Positions 40,238 through 51,500 of a DNA stretch of 64,000 nt are shown in pieces. Origin of the DNA: an uncultured Peptococcaceae bacterium (GTDB lineage Bacteria; Bacillota; Dehalobacteriia; UBA7702). Position 1 is the first letter of the stretch. The number at the start of each line of letters is the position of its first letter. The stretch covers positions 18,980-82,979 of the forward strand of contig CAZWWH010000005.1 of NCBI GenBank assembly GCA_964637365.1, given 5' to 3'. Made by a program: the position numbers and the translations under genes. The notes beneath the pieces are model-generated. The model worked only from the letters and a program-made list of their open reading frames with translations, did not search any database and was not told the DNA's origin.

Positions 40238-43200
40238 ATGATGAAAGTGGATCAACTGGATTTTTTATGGAAGGAGATACCCCTATACCGGGAGATTGCG
40301 GAGTCTGGTGGGAAAACAACGCGAGTAGAGCTTACGGGGCTCACCGATGAGCTGAAAACCATCCTCTCTGCTTCTCTCACGGCGGAACAAGGGAAAAATG
40401 TTCTATACGTCGCTAAAAGCGAGGAACAGGCAAAGAAAATCAGCCGCGCTGCGGCGCATTTTTTGTCCGCCGATATGGTGGGGTATTATCCCAGACGGGA
40501 GCTTTTACCTTATGAGACTGCGGCGGGAAATCGGGAATCGAGCCGTCAAAGGCTTCGAGTGTTACACGGGCTTTTATCCAAAAAGCCCTTTTTTGCCGTG
40601 GTTTCTGTGGGAGCTATGTCCCAGCATTTGGTGCCGCCTGGGGCTTGGCGAAGTCTGTCTTTCTCCCTAGAAGTCGGGGCTACTATTGCCTTGGATTCCT
40701 TAGTGGAGCGTCTGGTGGATTTGGGATATCGCCGGGAGGTTCTAACAGAAGAGCCCGGCTCTTTTAGTCTGCGCGGCAGTATTGTAGATATCTTTTCTCC
40801 AGCAGTAAAGTATCCCTTCCGTTTGGATTTTTTTGACGATGAATTGGAATCCATTCGTCTCTTTGATCCTGAGAAGCAGACCTCAATGGGGACGGTGAAG
40901 CAGGCGGTAATTGTCCCAGCCGCGGAATTGATTTTTCCCAGGGATAAAACCGAGGAGGGCCTGGCCGCCATGAAAGCCGAGGCTATGGCAGTGGCCAAAG
41001 AATTAAAGGGGCCTCAAAAGAAACAGTGTGTGGATAAATCCAACCGCCTTTGCGACGCGGTGCGGGAGGGGTTTCGTTCCAATGATTTGGAGCAGCTATT
41101 GCCTTATTTTTATGAAACCTGCGGTGTGCTGGAGGATTATCTCGGCGACGGCATCGTGGTAATGGAGGAAGCTGCGGAATTACGGAAAACCCTTTTGAAA
41201 GGCGATGAAGAACTCCTCGATTTTTACGGGGAGCTGTTTCAGGAAGGGGAGGTTTGGCCCTCTTATCTGAAAAATTACCGCAGCCAAAGTGAGATATGGT
41301 GTTCTCTGAATCAACGAAATTTGCTCCATTTAGCCTTTTTGCCGGGGCCTACGGGCTTAGATATTTCTGTTTCGGAATCTCCGCCGCTGCGGGAATTCTC
41401 CTTTCAGCGAGAACGTCAGGAGCGGGGGATGGAATTACAGGAAATGTCGGAACGGGGAACTGTGGTATTCTGCGGTACCGACGATGCCATGGTTGAGCAA
41501 ATGAAGGGCTTTGCTGAAACGTGGCATATCCGCAATTATCGGTTATGCCGCTTTCCTTTGGCAAAGAGCGCTGAATTTTATCAGATCCCCGCTTGGCTCA
41601 TTGGCGGTTCTGACCTGTTTCATCTGGCGGAGGAACCGCGCCGTGCCGGAAAACGGCCCAAAAAAGAAAAGGGAAAAGCCATTGAATCCTTTGTGGACTT
41701 GAGAGAAGGGGACTATGTCGTCCACGAAAACCATGGCATCGGCCAGTATATGGGAATTGAGCATTTGAAGGTTGGCGATACGGAGCGGGATTATCTCAAT
41801 ATCCGTTACCGCGGTCAAGATAAGCTTTATGTGCCTACGGATCAGTTGGATCTGCTGCAAAAGTATATTGGCAATACCGATACGCCCCCAAAGGTAAATC
41901 AACTGGGGGGAAGAGAATGGAAGGCTACCAAGGCAAAAGTGCGCTGTTCCGTTCAGGAAATGGCAGGAGAGCTTTTAAAGCTTTATGCCCAGCGGGAGGC
42001 GGAAAAAGGCTTTGCTTTTTCCCAGGATACCACCTGGCTCTGGGAAATGGAGCAGGATTTTCCCTTTGAAGAAACCCCTGATCAGCTTGACGCCATTGCC
42101 GATGTCAAGGCTGATATGGAAGAGGAGAGGCCTATGGACCGCTTGCTTTGCGGCGATGTAGGCTATGGCAAAACCGAAGTGGCCCTTCGCGCGGCCTTTA
42201 AAGCGGTTCTGGACGGCAAACAATGCGCGGTTCTGGTGCCTACCACGGTTTTGGCCCAGCAGCATGAACGAACCTTCCGGGAGCGTTTGGCGAAATTCGG
42301 CGTAACCGTTGGCGGTTTATCCCGTTTTAAATCACGGAAGGAGGTCAATGAGACCTTGAGCGGCCTTGCCGCCGGAACTGTTGATATCATTATAGGTACC
42401 CATATGCTTTTTGGTAAACGGGTAAAGTATCATGATTTGGGGCTTCTGGTCATTGATGAGGAGCAGCGGTTTGGCGTAGCTCATAAAGAAAAGCTAAAGG
42501 AATTGAAAAAAAATGTGGATGTTTTATCCATGTCTGCTACGCCCATTCCCCGAACCCTCCATATGTCCCTTTTGGGGGTTCGCGATATTAGTATTATTGA
42601 AACGCCGCCGGCCTTTCGCCAGCCAGTACAAACCTATGTGATGGAGCGGCAAAACCGGGTAATCAAAGAAGCCATCGTCCGAGAGATGCTCCGGGACGGA
42701 CAGACCTATTTTATCCACAACCGTGTGGAGGACATTCAGGAAGTAGCTGACGAGCTGCATCAGCTGGTTCCCGAGGCCCGAATTCTGGTGGGTCACGGTC
42801 AAATGGCCGAAGGCGAACTGGAGCAGGTGATGGTGGACTTTATGAACGGAGAGGCCGATATTTTGCTGGCCACCACCATTGTGGAATCGGGGTTGGATTT
42901 TCCCAACGTCAATACATTGATTGTGGATGAATCGGATCGATTGGGACTGTCGCAGATGTATCAACTCCGTGGCAGAGTAGGCCGCAGCAGAAAGCAAGGG
43001 TATGCTTATTTCTTTTATCGCAAAGGAGAGCTCTTAGCCATGCCTGCTAAAAAGCGTTTGGCGGCTATTCGGGATTACACGGACCTGGGTTCCGGCTTTA
43101 AAATCGCCCTGCGAGATATGGAAATCCGCGGTGTCGGTAATATTCTGGGACCGGAACAGCACGGCCATATGGCCTCGGTGGGCTTTGATATGTATTGTCA

Positions 43201-43723
43201 GCTAGTGTCTGAAGAAGTGCAGCGGTTAAAAGGCGAAGATGTGCCTGAGGAAAAAGCAGAGGTCGCCATTGATGTGGCCTGTTCGGCCTATTTACCGGAC
43301 GAATATATCGGCGACAGTGATATTAAAATTGAAATGTATAAAAAAATCGCGGAAATTAAAAGTCAGACCCAACTTAAAGCACTGCTCAACGAAATTGAGG
43401 ATCGCTTTGGCGCGGTGCCGGACAGCGTTTATCATCTTTTTTTGGTGGCTCGTCTCAAGATTTTGGCGGAAAAGCTTGGAATTATCGCCATTTCGCAACA
43501 GAATCGTTCCTTTTTGGTCACATTCAAAGGTCTTAATCATATAGAGAGCCGCGACATCGCTGACCTGATGGAAAAATTTGGCCGCCGCTTTGGCTTCAAA
43601 ATGGGAGAAACCCTGGAAATGACGGTGCGCTGCGATAAGCTTTCCAATGTAAAGGCGCTGCTGCTGTTAATAAAAATTCTTGTTTATCTCTCAGAAAAGA
43701 GGGAAAACGAAAAAAATGTTTAA
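40238..43723 (+). CDS. mfd: transcription-repair coupling factor
   Basis: 1161 aa. RNAP-interacting 'GDYVVHENHGIGQY', helicase motifs 'GDVGYGKTEVA', 'DEEQRFG' and 'QLRGRVGRS', plus a TRCF C-terminal domain. Confidence 0.97.
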   Translation: MMKVDQLDFLWKEIPLYREIAESGGKTTRVELTGLTDELKTILSASLTAEQGKNVLYVAKSEEQAKKISRAAAHFLSADMVGYYPRRELLPYETAAGNRESSRQRLRVLHGLLSKKPFFAVVSVGAMSQHLVPPGAWRSLSFSLEVGATIALDSLVERLVDLGYRREVLTEEPGSFSLRGSIVDIFSPAVKYPFRLDFFDDELESIRLFDPEKQTSMGTVKQAVIVPAAELIFPRDKTEEGLAAMKAEAMAVAKELKGPQKKQCVDKSNRLCDAVREGFRSNDLEQLLPYFYETCGVLEDYLGDGIVVMEEAAELRKTLLKGDEELLDFYGELFQEGEVWPSYLKNYRSQSEIWCSLNQRNLLHLAFLPGPTGLDISVSESPPLREFSFQRERQERGMELQEMSERGTVVFCGTDDAMVEQMKGFAETWHIRNYRLCRFPLAKSAEFYQIPAWLIGGSDLFHLAEEPRRAGKRPKKEKGKAIESFVDLREGDYVVHENHGIGQYMGIEHLKVGDTERDYLNIRYRGQDKLYVPTDQLDLLQKYIGNTDTPPKVNQLGGREWKATKAKVRCSVQEMAGELLKLYAQREAEKGFAFSQDTTWLWEMEQDFPFEETPDQLDAIADVKADMEEERPMDRLLCGDVGYGKTEVALRAAFKAVLDGKQCAVLVPTTVLAQQHERTFRERLAKFGVTVGGLSRFKSRKEVNETLSGLAAGTVDIIIGTHMLFGKRVKYHDLGLLVIDEEQRFGVAHKEKLKELKKNVDVLSMSATPIPRTLHMSLLGVRDISIIETPPAFRQPVQTYVMERQNRVIKEAIVREMLRDGQTYFIHNRVEDIQEVADELHQLVPEARILVGHGQMAEGELEQVMVDFMNGEADILLATTIVESGLDFPNVNTLIVDESDRLGLSQMYQLRGRVGRSRKQGYAYFFYRKGELLAMPAKKRLAAIRDYTDLGSGFKIALRDMEIRGVGNILGPEQHGHMASVGFDMYCQLVSEEVQRLKGEDVPEEKAEVAIDVACSAYLPDEYIGDSDIKIEMYKKIAEIKSQTQLKALLNEIEDRFGAVPDSVYHLFLVARLKILAEKLGIIAISQQNRSFLVTFKGLNHIESRDIADLMEKFGRRFGFKMGETLEMTVRCDKLSNVKALLLLIKILVYLSEKRENEKNV

Positions 43724-43850
43724 TATATATTAAGACTGTACTTTATCCTATCTGCGAGGTCATGGAAAAGGCAATGCCGGGTCTTGGACTTGATCTGAGG
43801 GAAAGATAAGGTGATTTCATAAAAAGTAGAAAGGTGGAGCTTGAAACCGT

Positions 43851-44963
43851 ATGAAAAAATTACTTACAGCTTTTGTTGGCCTGTTGATGGTGTTCTCGTT
43901 GGCAAGCTGCGGTGGCAGCAATGTGGCAACGGTGAATGGGGAAGATATTTCCAATGATGAATACACGGAGTATCTGGAGGGCGTTCTTAGCATTTATGAA
44001 GCCAATGGCTATACCATGGAAAATGAGCAGCTTTTGTCCATGAGAGACACTGTGGTCAATGAACTGGTCAATACCAAATTGGTGGAACAGGCAGCGAAGG
44101 AATTGGACTGTTATCCTTCCCGAAAAGAAATCGACAAGTACTATGAAGAAAAAATGACGGAAATGTACGGCGATGTGAAAACTGGTGAAAAGTACATCGA
44201 ATCCTACGGCCTGGATCTGGATTTTTTCCGCAACAGCTATGCTGTTTCTCTTTGTCAGGAAAAAATCTCCGAATCTTTGGTTCCTGAGGCATCTATGACG
44301 AAGGACGAGGCAAAAAAAATCTACGATGCGGATCCCGAAGCTTATAACACTCGTACCGTATCCCACATTTTGATCATGCCCGACGCCGGCGATAGGGAAA
44401 CTGAAACGGACGACTCCGGCAATACCATCTACACTGATGAAGAGTGGGCAGCTGCTGAAGAAAAAGCCAAAGAGTTGATTAAGAAATTAGACGATGGCGC
44501 TGATTTTGCTGATTTGGCTAAGAAGAATTCCGATGATACTGGCAGCGCTGAAAACGGCGGTGCTTTAAATGGGGCATTCACCAAGGAAGGCAGCAATTAT
44601 GTCCAGGAATTTACTGACGCGGCCTTTGCTCTGGAAAAGGTTGGCGCTTATTCCAAAGAACCGGTAAAATCCTCTTATGGCTATCACATTATTAAAATTG
44701 ATGATATGACCAGCGATGATAACATGGACGACGTACTCCAAGGTATTATTGATGACGACCTGGCCAGCCAGCGTTCGGAAAAGTTAACTTCTTATATGGA
44801 TGAATTTGAAGCTGACGCTGTTATCGTTTATTACGATGAAAATGGTAAGGAAGTAAAAAAGGAAGAAGAAGCTGACGCCGAAGGCGATGACAGTAAACAA
44901 GACAAAGCTGCTGACAGCGAATCGACTGATGGGGATGCCACTGAAGACACTGCCGCAGAATAA
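43851..44963 (+). CDS. prsA: PrsA-like lipoprotein peptidyl-prolyl isomerase (SurA-N plus parvulin domain) with an acidic tail
   Basis: Lipobox 'SLASCG'. Parvulin 'VSHILIM...GGALNG...SYGYHIIKI'. Asp/Glu-rich C-terminus. Confidence 0.85.
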   Translation: MKKLLTAFVGLLMVFSLASCGGSNVATVNGEDISNDEYTEYLEGVLSIYEANGYTMENEQLLSMRDTVVNELVNTKLVEQAAKELDCYPSRKEIDKYYEEKMTEMYGDVKTGEKYIESYGLDLDFFRNSYAVSLCQEKISESLVPEASMTKDEAKKIYDADPEAYNTRTVSHILIMPDAGDRETETDDSGNTIYTDEEWAAAEEKAKELIKKLDDGADFADLAKKNSDDTGSAENGGALNGAFTKEGSNYVQEFTDAAFALEKVGAYSKEPVKSSYGYHIIKIDDMTSDDNMDDVLQGIIDDDLASQRSEKLTSYMDEFEADAVIVYYDENGKEVKKEEEADAEGDDSKQDKAADSESTDGDATEDTAAE

Positions 44964-44980
44964 TGAATTGCTGAAATAGA

Positions 44981-45024
44981 AAAGGAGCGTGAAACAGGAT
45001 TTCTGTTTCAGCGCTCCTTTTTTG
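44981..45024 (+). terminator. rho-independent terminator after prsA
   Basis: Long stem AAAGGAGCGTGAAACAG / CTGTTTCAGCGCTCCTTT (one bulge), followed by TTTT. Confidence 0.85.
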
Positions 45025-45051
45025 TACATGATGGGGGAAAGGAGGAACACT

Positions 45052-45828
45052 GTGAAGAATTATCCGATTTTGTTGCTCCATGGTGCAAACTGCCGCAATG
45101 ACGGAAAGCGTCACTATTATGGACGCCTACCAGATATTTTGAAGGAAATGGGATGGGAATGCCACTTACTTTACGGCGATGCTTGGGGGACGATTGAAAG
45201 CAACTGCCAAAAATATCAAAGGCAGATTAACCGGATTATGCGGCAAACCCGTTGTGAAAAGGTGCATTTACTGGCACATTCCAAAGGCGGTTTGGAGGCC
45301 CGTTACTTGGTATCTTCCATGGGGATGGGAGGTCGAGTAGCTTCTGTGACAACGCTGTCAACGCCCCATCATGGTTCCCGTACTGCTGCAGTGTGGGCGG
45401 CGCGCCCTAAACGACTGCGGCTTATTGGTTCGCTGCTGGAAGTCTTTTGGAGGAAAAGAGGAGATACAGCACCTGATGTGACTGCGGTGGTTCAAGCTTT
45501 AACTCCCGAAGCCATGGCGATATTTAATAAGAAAAATCCTGATGTTCCGGAGGTTCATTACCGTAGCTTTGGGGCGGCACTGGGGAGAAGTCGTCTAGAC
45601 CTTGGCATGGTATTTTTGTCTCGTTGCTTGACTCATTGGGACGGAAAAACTGATGGGCTGGTGTCGCCGGAATCTGCGATATGGAGCGAAAACCACTGTT
45701 TCATTCACGATATTTCCCATCGTGATTTGGTGGATAATCGTCGTAAAGATTTGAATCATGGTCATGATATGAAAGCTTTTTGCGAGGAGCTTAGCAAGTG
45801 GTTGGAACAGGTGGAAAAAAATAAATAG
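45052..45828 (+). CDS. lipase-like alpha/beta hydrolase
   Basis: 'PILLLHG', nucleophile elbow 'AHSKGG', 'TLSTPHHGS'. GTG at 45052 follows AAAGGAGG. The track ORF start at 44989 lies inside the prsA terminator. Confidence 0.7.
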   Translation: MKNYPILLLHGANCRNDGKRHYYGRLPDILKEMGWECHLLYGDAWGTIESNCQKYQRQINRIMRQTRCEKVHLLAHSKGGLEARYLVSSMGMGGRVASVTTLSTPHHGSRTAAVWAARPKRLRLIGSLLEVFWRKRGDTAPDVTAVVQALTPEAMAIFNKKNPDVPEVHYRSFGAALGRSRLDLGMVFLSRCLTHWDGKTDGLVSPESAIWSENHCFIHDISHRDLVDNRRKDLNHGHDMKAFCEELSKWLEQVEKNK

Positions 45829-46013
45829 GGAGGATGGCGATTTTGTATGGGAAATCGCTTGAATGCGAACATCTTACCAAACAGTATTCCTTAAAAATGA
45901 ATTAAGGGTAGTGCTGGAATAGGCGAGTGAGAATACTCGTCTATTTTTCATACAAAAAAGTGTTGATTTTGTGGTCTAGCCTCATTTTCGCATTACTGAG
46001 AAACGTTTTATGA

Positions 46014-46226
46014 AATGGAATCGTTGATGGAAAAGTATTCTTTACTGATATGGAAGGTCGTGTCTGGCGGTATCAGGTGGGATGGATTGAAGTTCTGGAA
46101 CCCGAATCAGTGGAAGAAATGGTGGTGCCCAAGGCGAAAGCGGATTGGGACTTAACTCTGTTTACTTGTACGATAGGAGGACAGACCCGCCGGGTGGTTA
46201 GGTGTATCAGGATTGAGGGCGAATGA
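46014..46226 (+). pseudogene. sortase remnant (C-terminal catalytic-Cys/Arg region only)
   Basis: Translation 'NGIVDGKVFFTDMEGRVWRYQV...DWDLTLFTCTIGGQTRRVVRC' carries the sortase TLxTC Cys motif and the conserved Arg. An in-frame TGA at 46011 separates it from a hydrophobic N-terminal-anchor-like stretch (45960-46010). The His-containing core is absent. Confidence 0.6.
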
Positions 46227-46480
46227 AAAGGATGTACTGGACATGGGGCAAACTTTTTACCAATTGATGACAATATCTGCTGGTCTGTGGAGATGATAAA
46301 AGTGAGAAATTGTAAAAAAATAATACTACGAGATTAATGAGAATTAAAAGGTCAAACGGCATAGCCCGTAGGCTACGCCATTTCCCGAAAACAATTTTAT
46401 ACTGTTTTGACGAACACTGTCTTAAAAAGCGGTGTTTTTTTATGGTTTTTGAAGATGGATGCTTTTGAGCACAAGGCTGG

Positions 46481-46756
46481 TTACCAGTGCCCCAAGAGAT
46501 ATGGAGCAAAAAAACAATAACATCTGAGGGGTAAAAAATCGTCGCCGGTCTTGGGTGAAAGGTTACCTTTTCCAAATTGTGAGTCTGGTGTGATGTTGTC
46601 ATTGGAGGAATTATCCGCATAGATAAATTGGAAGGAGGTTCCTTTCTCCATCGGAGCCGTGTCATTGGTTGCCGCAAACAATAGGGATGGAGAAAGGAGA
46701 GAGACACACAACAAGGATAGGGTCAAAATTGATAGAAAACGAATCTTATTCCGCAT
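46481..46756 (-). CDS. small secreted protein with an SPKTG sortase-sorting-like motif
   Basis: Signal peptide 'FLSILTLSLLCVSLLSPSLLFA'. 'LSPKTGDD' is followed by a hydrophobic C-terminus. The start overlaps the stop of the upstream gene (coupling). Confidence 0.5.
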   Translation of the reverse strand: MRNKIRFLSILTLSLLCVSLLSPSLLFAATNDTAPMEKGTSFQFIYADNSSNDNITPDSQFGKGNLSPKTGDDFLPLRCYCFFAPYLLGHW

Positions 46757-47270
46757 CGGTTAAGGCAATGCCGTAAGTCATACTGCCAGTATAGGTAACG
46801 CCTTTGGCCGTAGTGGGAGCGACGACGGGTTTTACAACGTAGTTGACGGTACCGTTATCGGTAAAGGAAGCCAGTTCTGTGCCGGTTGCGGTATCTTTCC
46901 CAGTGGTTTCCACGGTGGTACCATCTTCCGTGATGATTTGATAACGAAGAACTTTGTTTATGCCTTGATTATCTTTGCCTTCCAATACCATTTGGTTGCG
47001 GTAGTAGTTAGTACCAGCGATGGTGACAGCAATTTCTTTTCCACCGAGATTCGCTACATTTTCCGCCGTGATATCCACAGTGGTGCCATCTTGAGCAATG
47101 GTGACAGCCGAAGGAATGGTCACGGTATAGATGGGATCATTCTGTACGGTAAAAGTAAAATCAGTACCCAAATTTTCAGTAGTTGTCTGGTCTGCGGTAG
47201 CAGCAAAGGCAGGCAGAGAAAAACCAAGACACATGGTGGCGGCCATAATGGCGGAGAGTAATTTTTTCAT
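46746..47270 (-). CDS. secreted Thr-rich beta-rich protein of unknown function
   Basis: Signal peptide 'MKKLLSAIMAATMCLGFSLPAFA'. RBS AGGAGGAAC upstream. No family recognised. Confidence 0.65.
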   Translation of the reverse strand: MKKLLSAIMAATMCLGFSLPAFAATADQTTTENLGTDFTFTVQNDPIYTVTIPSAVTIAQDGTTVDITAENVANLGGKEIAVTIAGTNYYRNQMVLEGKDNQGINKVLRYQIITEDGTTVETTGKDTATGTELASFTDNGTVNYVVKPVVAPTTAKGVTYTGSMTYGIALTDAE

Positions 47271-47332
47271 AATTGTTCCTCCTGAATGATAATAAAATAG
47301 TATTTATAAAAACGCTGCGTAAAGCCGCTGTT

Positions 47333-47800
47333 TTATTCCACGGTAAGCTCTGTGGAAACTTGGGCGCGGTTTAACGGCGTTGTTTTGTCCATGGTGTAAG
47401 GGGAAATTTCAATCATGAGGGTGTATTCTCCAGAAGGCAGCGGATGATTTAGTGTAATCTCCTCAAAGGCTTGACCCGGTTCAAGGAATTCCGAGGTGTA
47501 AAGAGGTTCGTTCTCTTCTTCTAAATAAAGGGTGAATAGAAATAGACAATCGTTATCTTCGGGGTTCCAAAGGGTGATGGGAACCTTTTGGGTATCAGCG
47601 GGGAAATATAGATGGGAGTAACCGGGGATTTTGATACCGGGGTTTTCCGAAGCATAGGCAATTAGGTTTTTGCCGTCCCATTCCGTTATGGAATCATCTT
47701 GTCCTTCGGTTATATGTAAAAGCATGGCCATTGTGACCAAGGCTGCCATGATAATAACGATGGAAATGATGATTGCTATACGTGTTTTCCTGATTGTCAT
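47333..47800 (-). CDS. N-terminally membrane-anchored protein of unknown function
   Basis: One TM helix 'IAIIISIVIIMAALVTMAMLL' followed by a ~120-aa extracytoplasmic domain. First gene of a three-gene minus-strand operon. Confidence 0.6.
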   Translation of the reverse strand: MTIRKTRIAIIISIVIIMAALVTMAMLLHITEGQDDSITEWDGKNLIAYASENPGIKIPGYSHLYFPADTQKVPITLWNPEDNDCLFLFTLYLEEENEPLYTSEFLEPGQAFEEITLNHPLPSGEYTLMIEISPYTMDKTTPLNRAQVSTELTVE

Positions 47801-48039
47801 GGAGGATTATCCTTTCGTTGAGGGTTGTAATTTATTATAGACGTGAAAATCAAGAGATATAGAGGAATTTCGTTAAATCTTGGTTAAAATGAAAAGCCAA
47901 ATTATATGCTTAAGAACGTAGTAGTTTTAAAAACTAGTTTCCAATAAATACGATTATATTTTTAGAGATAATAACAAAATGGAATCACCAAACTGTTGCT
48001 TTTTTTCAAAAAAAACAAGTATAATGAAAATAGAGATCA

Positions 48040-48215
48040 ATACGCAACGGTAAAGTGATGGAATCGGGTGTAAATCCCGAACGGGCCGGCCACTGTAAAT
48101 TCGTAGTCTCCAAAGTATCGACGAGTATTATGAAAAGTCAGAATACATCCTTTGTCGGAACCTCTGGGAACGGGGGACGCCTATGGTCTGTGTCATAACA
48201 GGCATGGATAAGGGA
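48040..48215 (+). promoter_or_regulatory. cobalamin (B12) riboswitch aptamer
   Basis: The core 'GGAAUCGGGUGUAAAUCCCGAACGGGCCGGCCACUGUAA' (48060-48098) matches the conserved GGGAA..GGUGAAAAUCC..CGG.CCCGCCACUGU block. B12-box-like 'AAAGUCAGAAUAC' at 48134-48146. Candidate promoter TTGCTT-18-TATAAT at 47996-48025. Outer boundaries are approximate. Confidence 0.8.
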
Positions 48216-48345
48216 ATCATAGGCACGACTGCTGATAAACGCTTACTTCTGTGTTGCTTGCTTCAAACCAGACTTGAAGCAGCGGACTTGGATTAAAGTT
48301 GTTCATAACAGCCTATTTGTCGAAAAGACTTCTTCGACAATTTGA

Positions 48346-48380
48346 CCGTATCTTGGAGTGAGATACGGCATTTTTGTTTT
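48346..48380 (+). terminator. intrinsic terminator, likely expression platform of the B12 riboswitch
   Basis: CCGTATCT / AGATACGG stem with a 7-nt loop, followed by CATTTTTGTTTT. It lies between the aptamer and the ATG at 48512. Confidence 0.75.
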
Positions 48381-48511
48381 ATAAAAAGGCCGATATTCAT
48401 GGGCGTAATGACCGTTGTCACAAAAATGCAATATCAAGAAAAGAGAAATCGCGCGTTATTCATTGCATTGATGATCACGATGTGAAAAACGAAAAAAGAA
48501 AGGAAAGAAGC

Positions 48512-51500
48512 ATGAAAAAAACACTGATTGTTCTGTTGTTGACGCTGGCCATGGTATTATCCATGGGTGGGGCTGTCCTTGCCGAAGACAGCAGCGTCTA
48601 CACAGTGTCGGTAGCTACCAGCGACCTGACCCTGACTGCAACAGACAGCCAAGGAAAGGCTGTGACACTAAAAGACGGCGGTATTGTAGATAGTTATCAC
48701 CAGTATACCTTTGAAGGGGCTCCCGGTACCTACACTTTCTCCGCGGTAGATGAAAAGGGTAGCTGGGGAACGGTGACAATGAAGATGGATGCTGAAACAT
48801 CTTCTGTGGTACTGCGGGCGACGACCTTGGCCGTCAGCACCAAGGTAGACAGCAATTATCTGTCTGCGGATCAGTATCGTATGGAGGTTTTCTGTCCTAC
48901 GGATGTTAGCGTAACTCCTGGGATTATTGATGTGGCGGACAATGGCCAAAGCAAGAACCGTTATCTCTTTTATGCCAACGGCAACGCTACCGTATATGCC
49001 GCTGCGGTCTATCCCGTGGATGAAAGTTTAACCCTCCAGTTTGCGCAGTTATCTAGGGCTGTAACAGTGGGTACCAGCGTTAATGCTTTAACCATGAGTA
49101 TGCCCCAGGCCGTGCAGGGAGTATTTACCGTACCCCATGGCGCTGACTTAAAAATTGAAGCAAAATTAGTCAATTATAAAAATATGGAGGTTACCTCCTT
49201 TACCAAGGTGGAAGGAGACACCACCGATACTTATACTTATAAGCTGCCGAAAAGCAATTCCAGCCTTACTTATCGCTGTACTTTGGCGGGGAAGGTAACC
49301 CGCGCCGGGTATTTGACCACTTCGAAAGATTTTGAAAAAGAAATTGTCTTTTCCGATGAAGCTCCGGACGCGCGTCCCGGCTATGCTGCTGATGGTGGCA
49401 GCGGTTATGGCTATGTAGAAGACAGTATGCTGATGAATATCAGCGACAGCAACTATATGGTCATGGCCCAAGGTGATACCTTCCGTATTCGTCCCTATCG
49501 GGCATGGCAGATCGTAAATAATACTTCCAGCAATTTGATGATTGAGCCTGATTATCATTTTCGTGTGGTAGAAGGCAACTCCGTAACGGTGGACGCCAAA
49601 GGTCTGCTGACGGCTGTAGGAAATGGTGTCAGTGTGGTGGAAGTGACCTATGACGCCATTGATGTCGATGGCTGCGGTATTTACAACGGCATTTATGGTG
49701 CCGTGGATCCTGACCGCAAAGGCATATTTGTTGTCAATGTCGGCGGCAAAGCTGATTCTTTTGATACCGGTATTAAGTTGACAGAGTTTGATACTGTCTA
49801 CCATACTGACAAAGAGGCCGGTTCCTATACCTTTACACCTCCGACAGGGGCAACGGTGGAAGTGAATGGTAGCACTGTGGCCGCTGCAGAGGATGGCTCT
49901 GTGACCCTGCCTTTGCAAAATGGCAACAATATTGTAAAGGTGACCAAGGGAAACGATGTACAGTATCATGTAATTAAATGTAAAGAAGTTACCATCAATA
50001 TTAAGAACACCACCAATCCTGATGCTACTGTGGTGAAACAAGGCGATACCCTTGAGATCTCCTTTGAAGGATTATCCATGCCGATTCCCAAAATGAGCGG
50101 GATCTATAACCCCGGTTATATGGGAACTGCCCGTGTGCTTTATGAAATTGCCGGCGGCGGTTCTATGGGCAGCAAAGGTGTGCAGTATAATCTTATTTCC
50201 AGCAATACCATCAGCGCTACCATGTGGCAAAGCGGAACTTGCCATTTGCAGAATGGGCATATCAGCTTAACCAGTATGGGGGATCCATTTGGTGAGCACC
50301 GCACCATTGATGATAGTGGACGTGGTGCCAACTTTAACGCATTGGAACGAAGCGGAGAGTTTAGTCCTCTGCCAGATATCTCCATTGAAGTAGAACCCAA
50401 CAGTGAAGTGGTATTTCCTGAAAATTTCAGCGATCTTTCCAAATTGGTCATGTACCATGGTACCAGCTCTTTTGTGTGCAGCTTCAGCAAATCCTTGAGT
50501 GCCACGGCTGCCAAACCCATTGATCCTAACACCGTCGTGACCTTCACCTCGGCGAAATGGAAAGAAACCTACGATATGGTAGCCACTGCTACGACTTCAC
50601 AACCGCAGGTGGATATTACGGTTCAGTATGGCCATGGCACAGAAGGCGACGGCGGCACCGCCAAGCTGTTGTCCGGCGTGAAAGGCACTTTGGGAACAGG
50701 TATTATCAGCGCTGACAAAGTGAATTATCTGGATTTTGTGGTGACTCCCACCGACGAATCCCTGGGTAGTCCTAAAACCTACTCCATCTTAGCTTACAAC
50801 ACTGACACGGTGAAAAATCCCGGATTGAAAGATATCACTTTGTCTATGGAAGAAGGCGTGACATTAGAAGCTGGCCAAGGCGTTTTAAGCTCCGACAAAG
50901 GAGAAGGCTTCTTCCTCTCCCAACGTGAATATGTTGCTGAGGTTCCCTGTGACGTAAGCAAGGTGACTTTGAACTGGACAGCCATCAACGCTGCCAGCAA
51001 GGTAAAAATCAATGGCACTGAAATTGTTGAGGAAGCCTCTTCGGAAGTATTGCTTACCTCTGGAGAAAACAAAATTACTTTGGAAACCACCGCTGCCGAT
51101 GGCAGTGAGGCTATTGTTTATACGATCAACGTCACCAGAGCGCCGAAGCCCGAAGCTCCCCTCAATGATTTGCGGGTATACAATGCTTATTCCATCAGTG
51201 CTTCCACAGCTTTACTCCAATACTCTACGGACAATTACGGCGACAATATTCCCCGTTTTGACGCCAACACCAGAGAGTATAACTTGGCGCAGCAAATGGA
51301 TGGAGCATCCTTCTATCTTCGTTCCAAATTTGATACCACTTATCAAACAACAGTGTCTGTCAACGGCGGCAATGCTGTTGAAATCAAAAATGATTCTTAT
51401 AAGTCCTTTTCCTTATCTGCCGGTAAAAATAAGGTAGTCATTACCGTGACACCTCCAGAAGACAGCGAGTACGGTGTGGGCCAATATACACTTTATGTGG

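Noticed and set aside
46207-46707. 166-aa minus-strand ORF overlapping the SPKTG ORF and the sortase remnant
   Set aside because: The composition looks non-protein-like (rich in R/S/P/H/C), there is no RBS, and it overlaps better-supported features.
48374-48511. N-terminal 46-codon extension of the giant protein in the ORF track
   Set aside because: It begins at the T-tract of the riboswitch terminator and has no RBS. The signal peptide begins at the ATG at 48512, which has an RBS.
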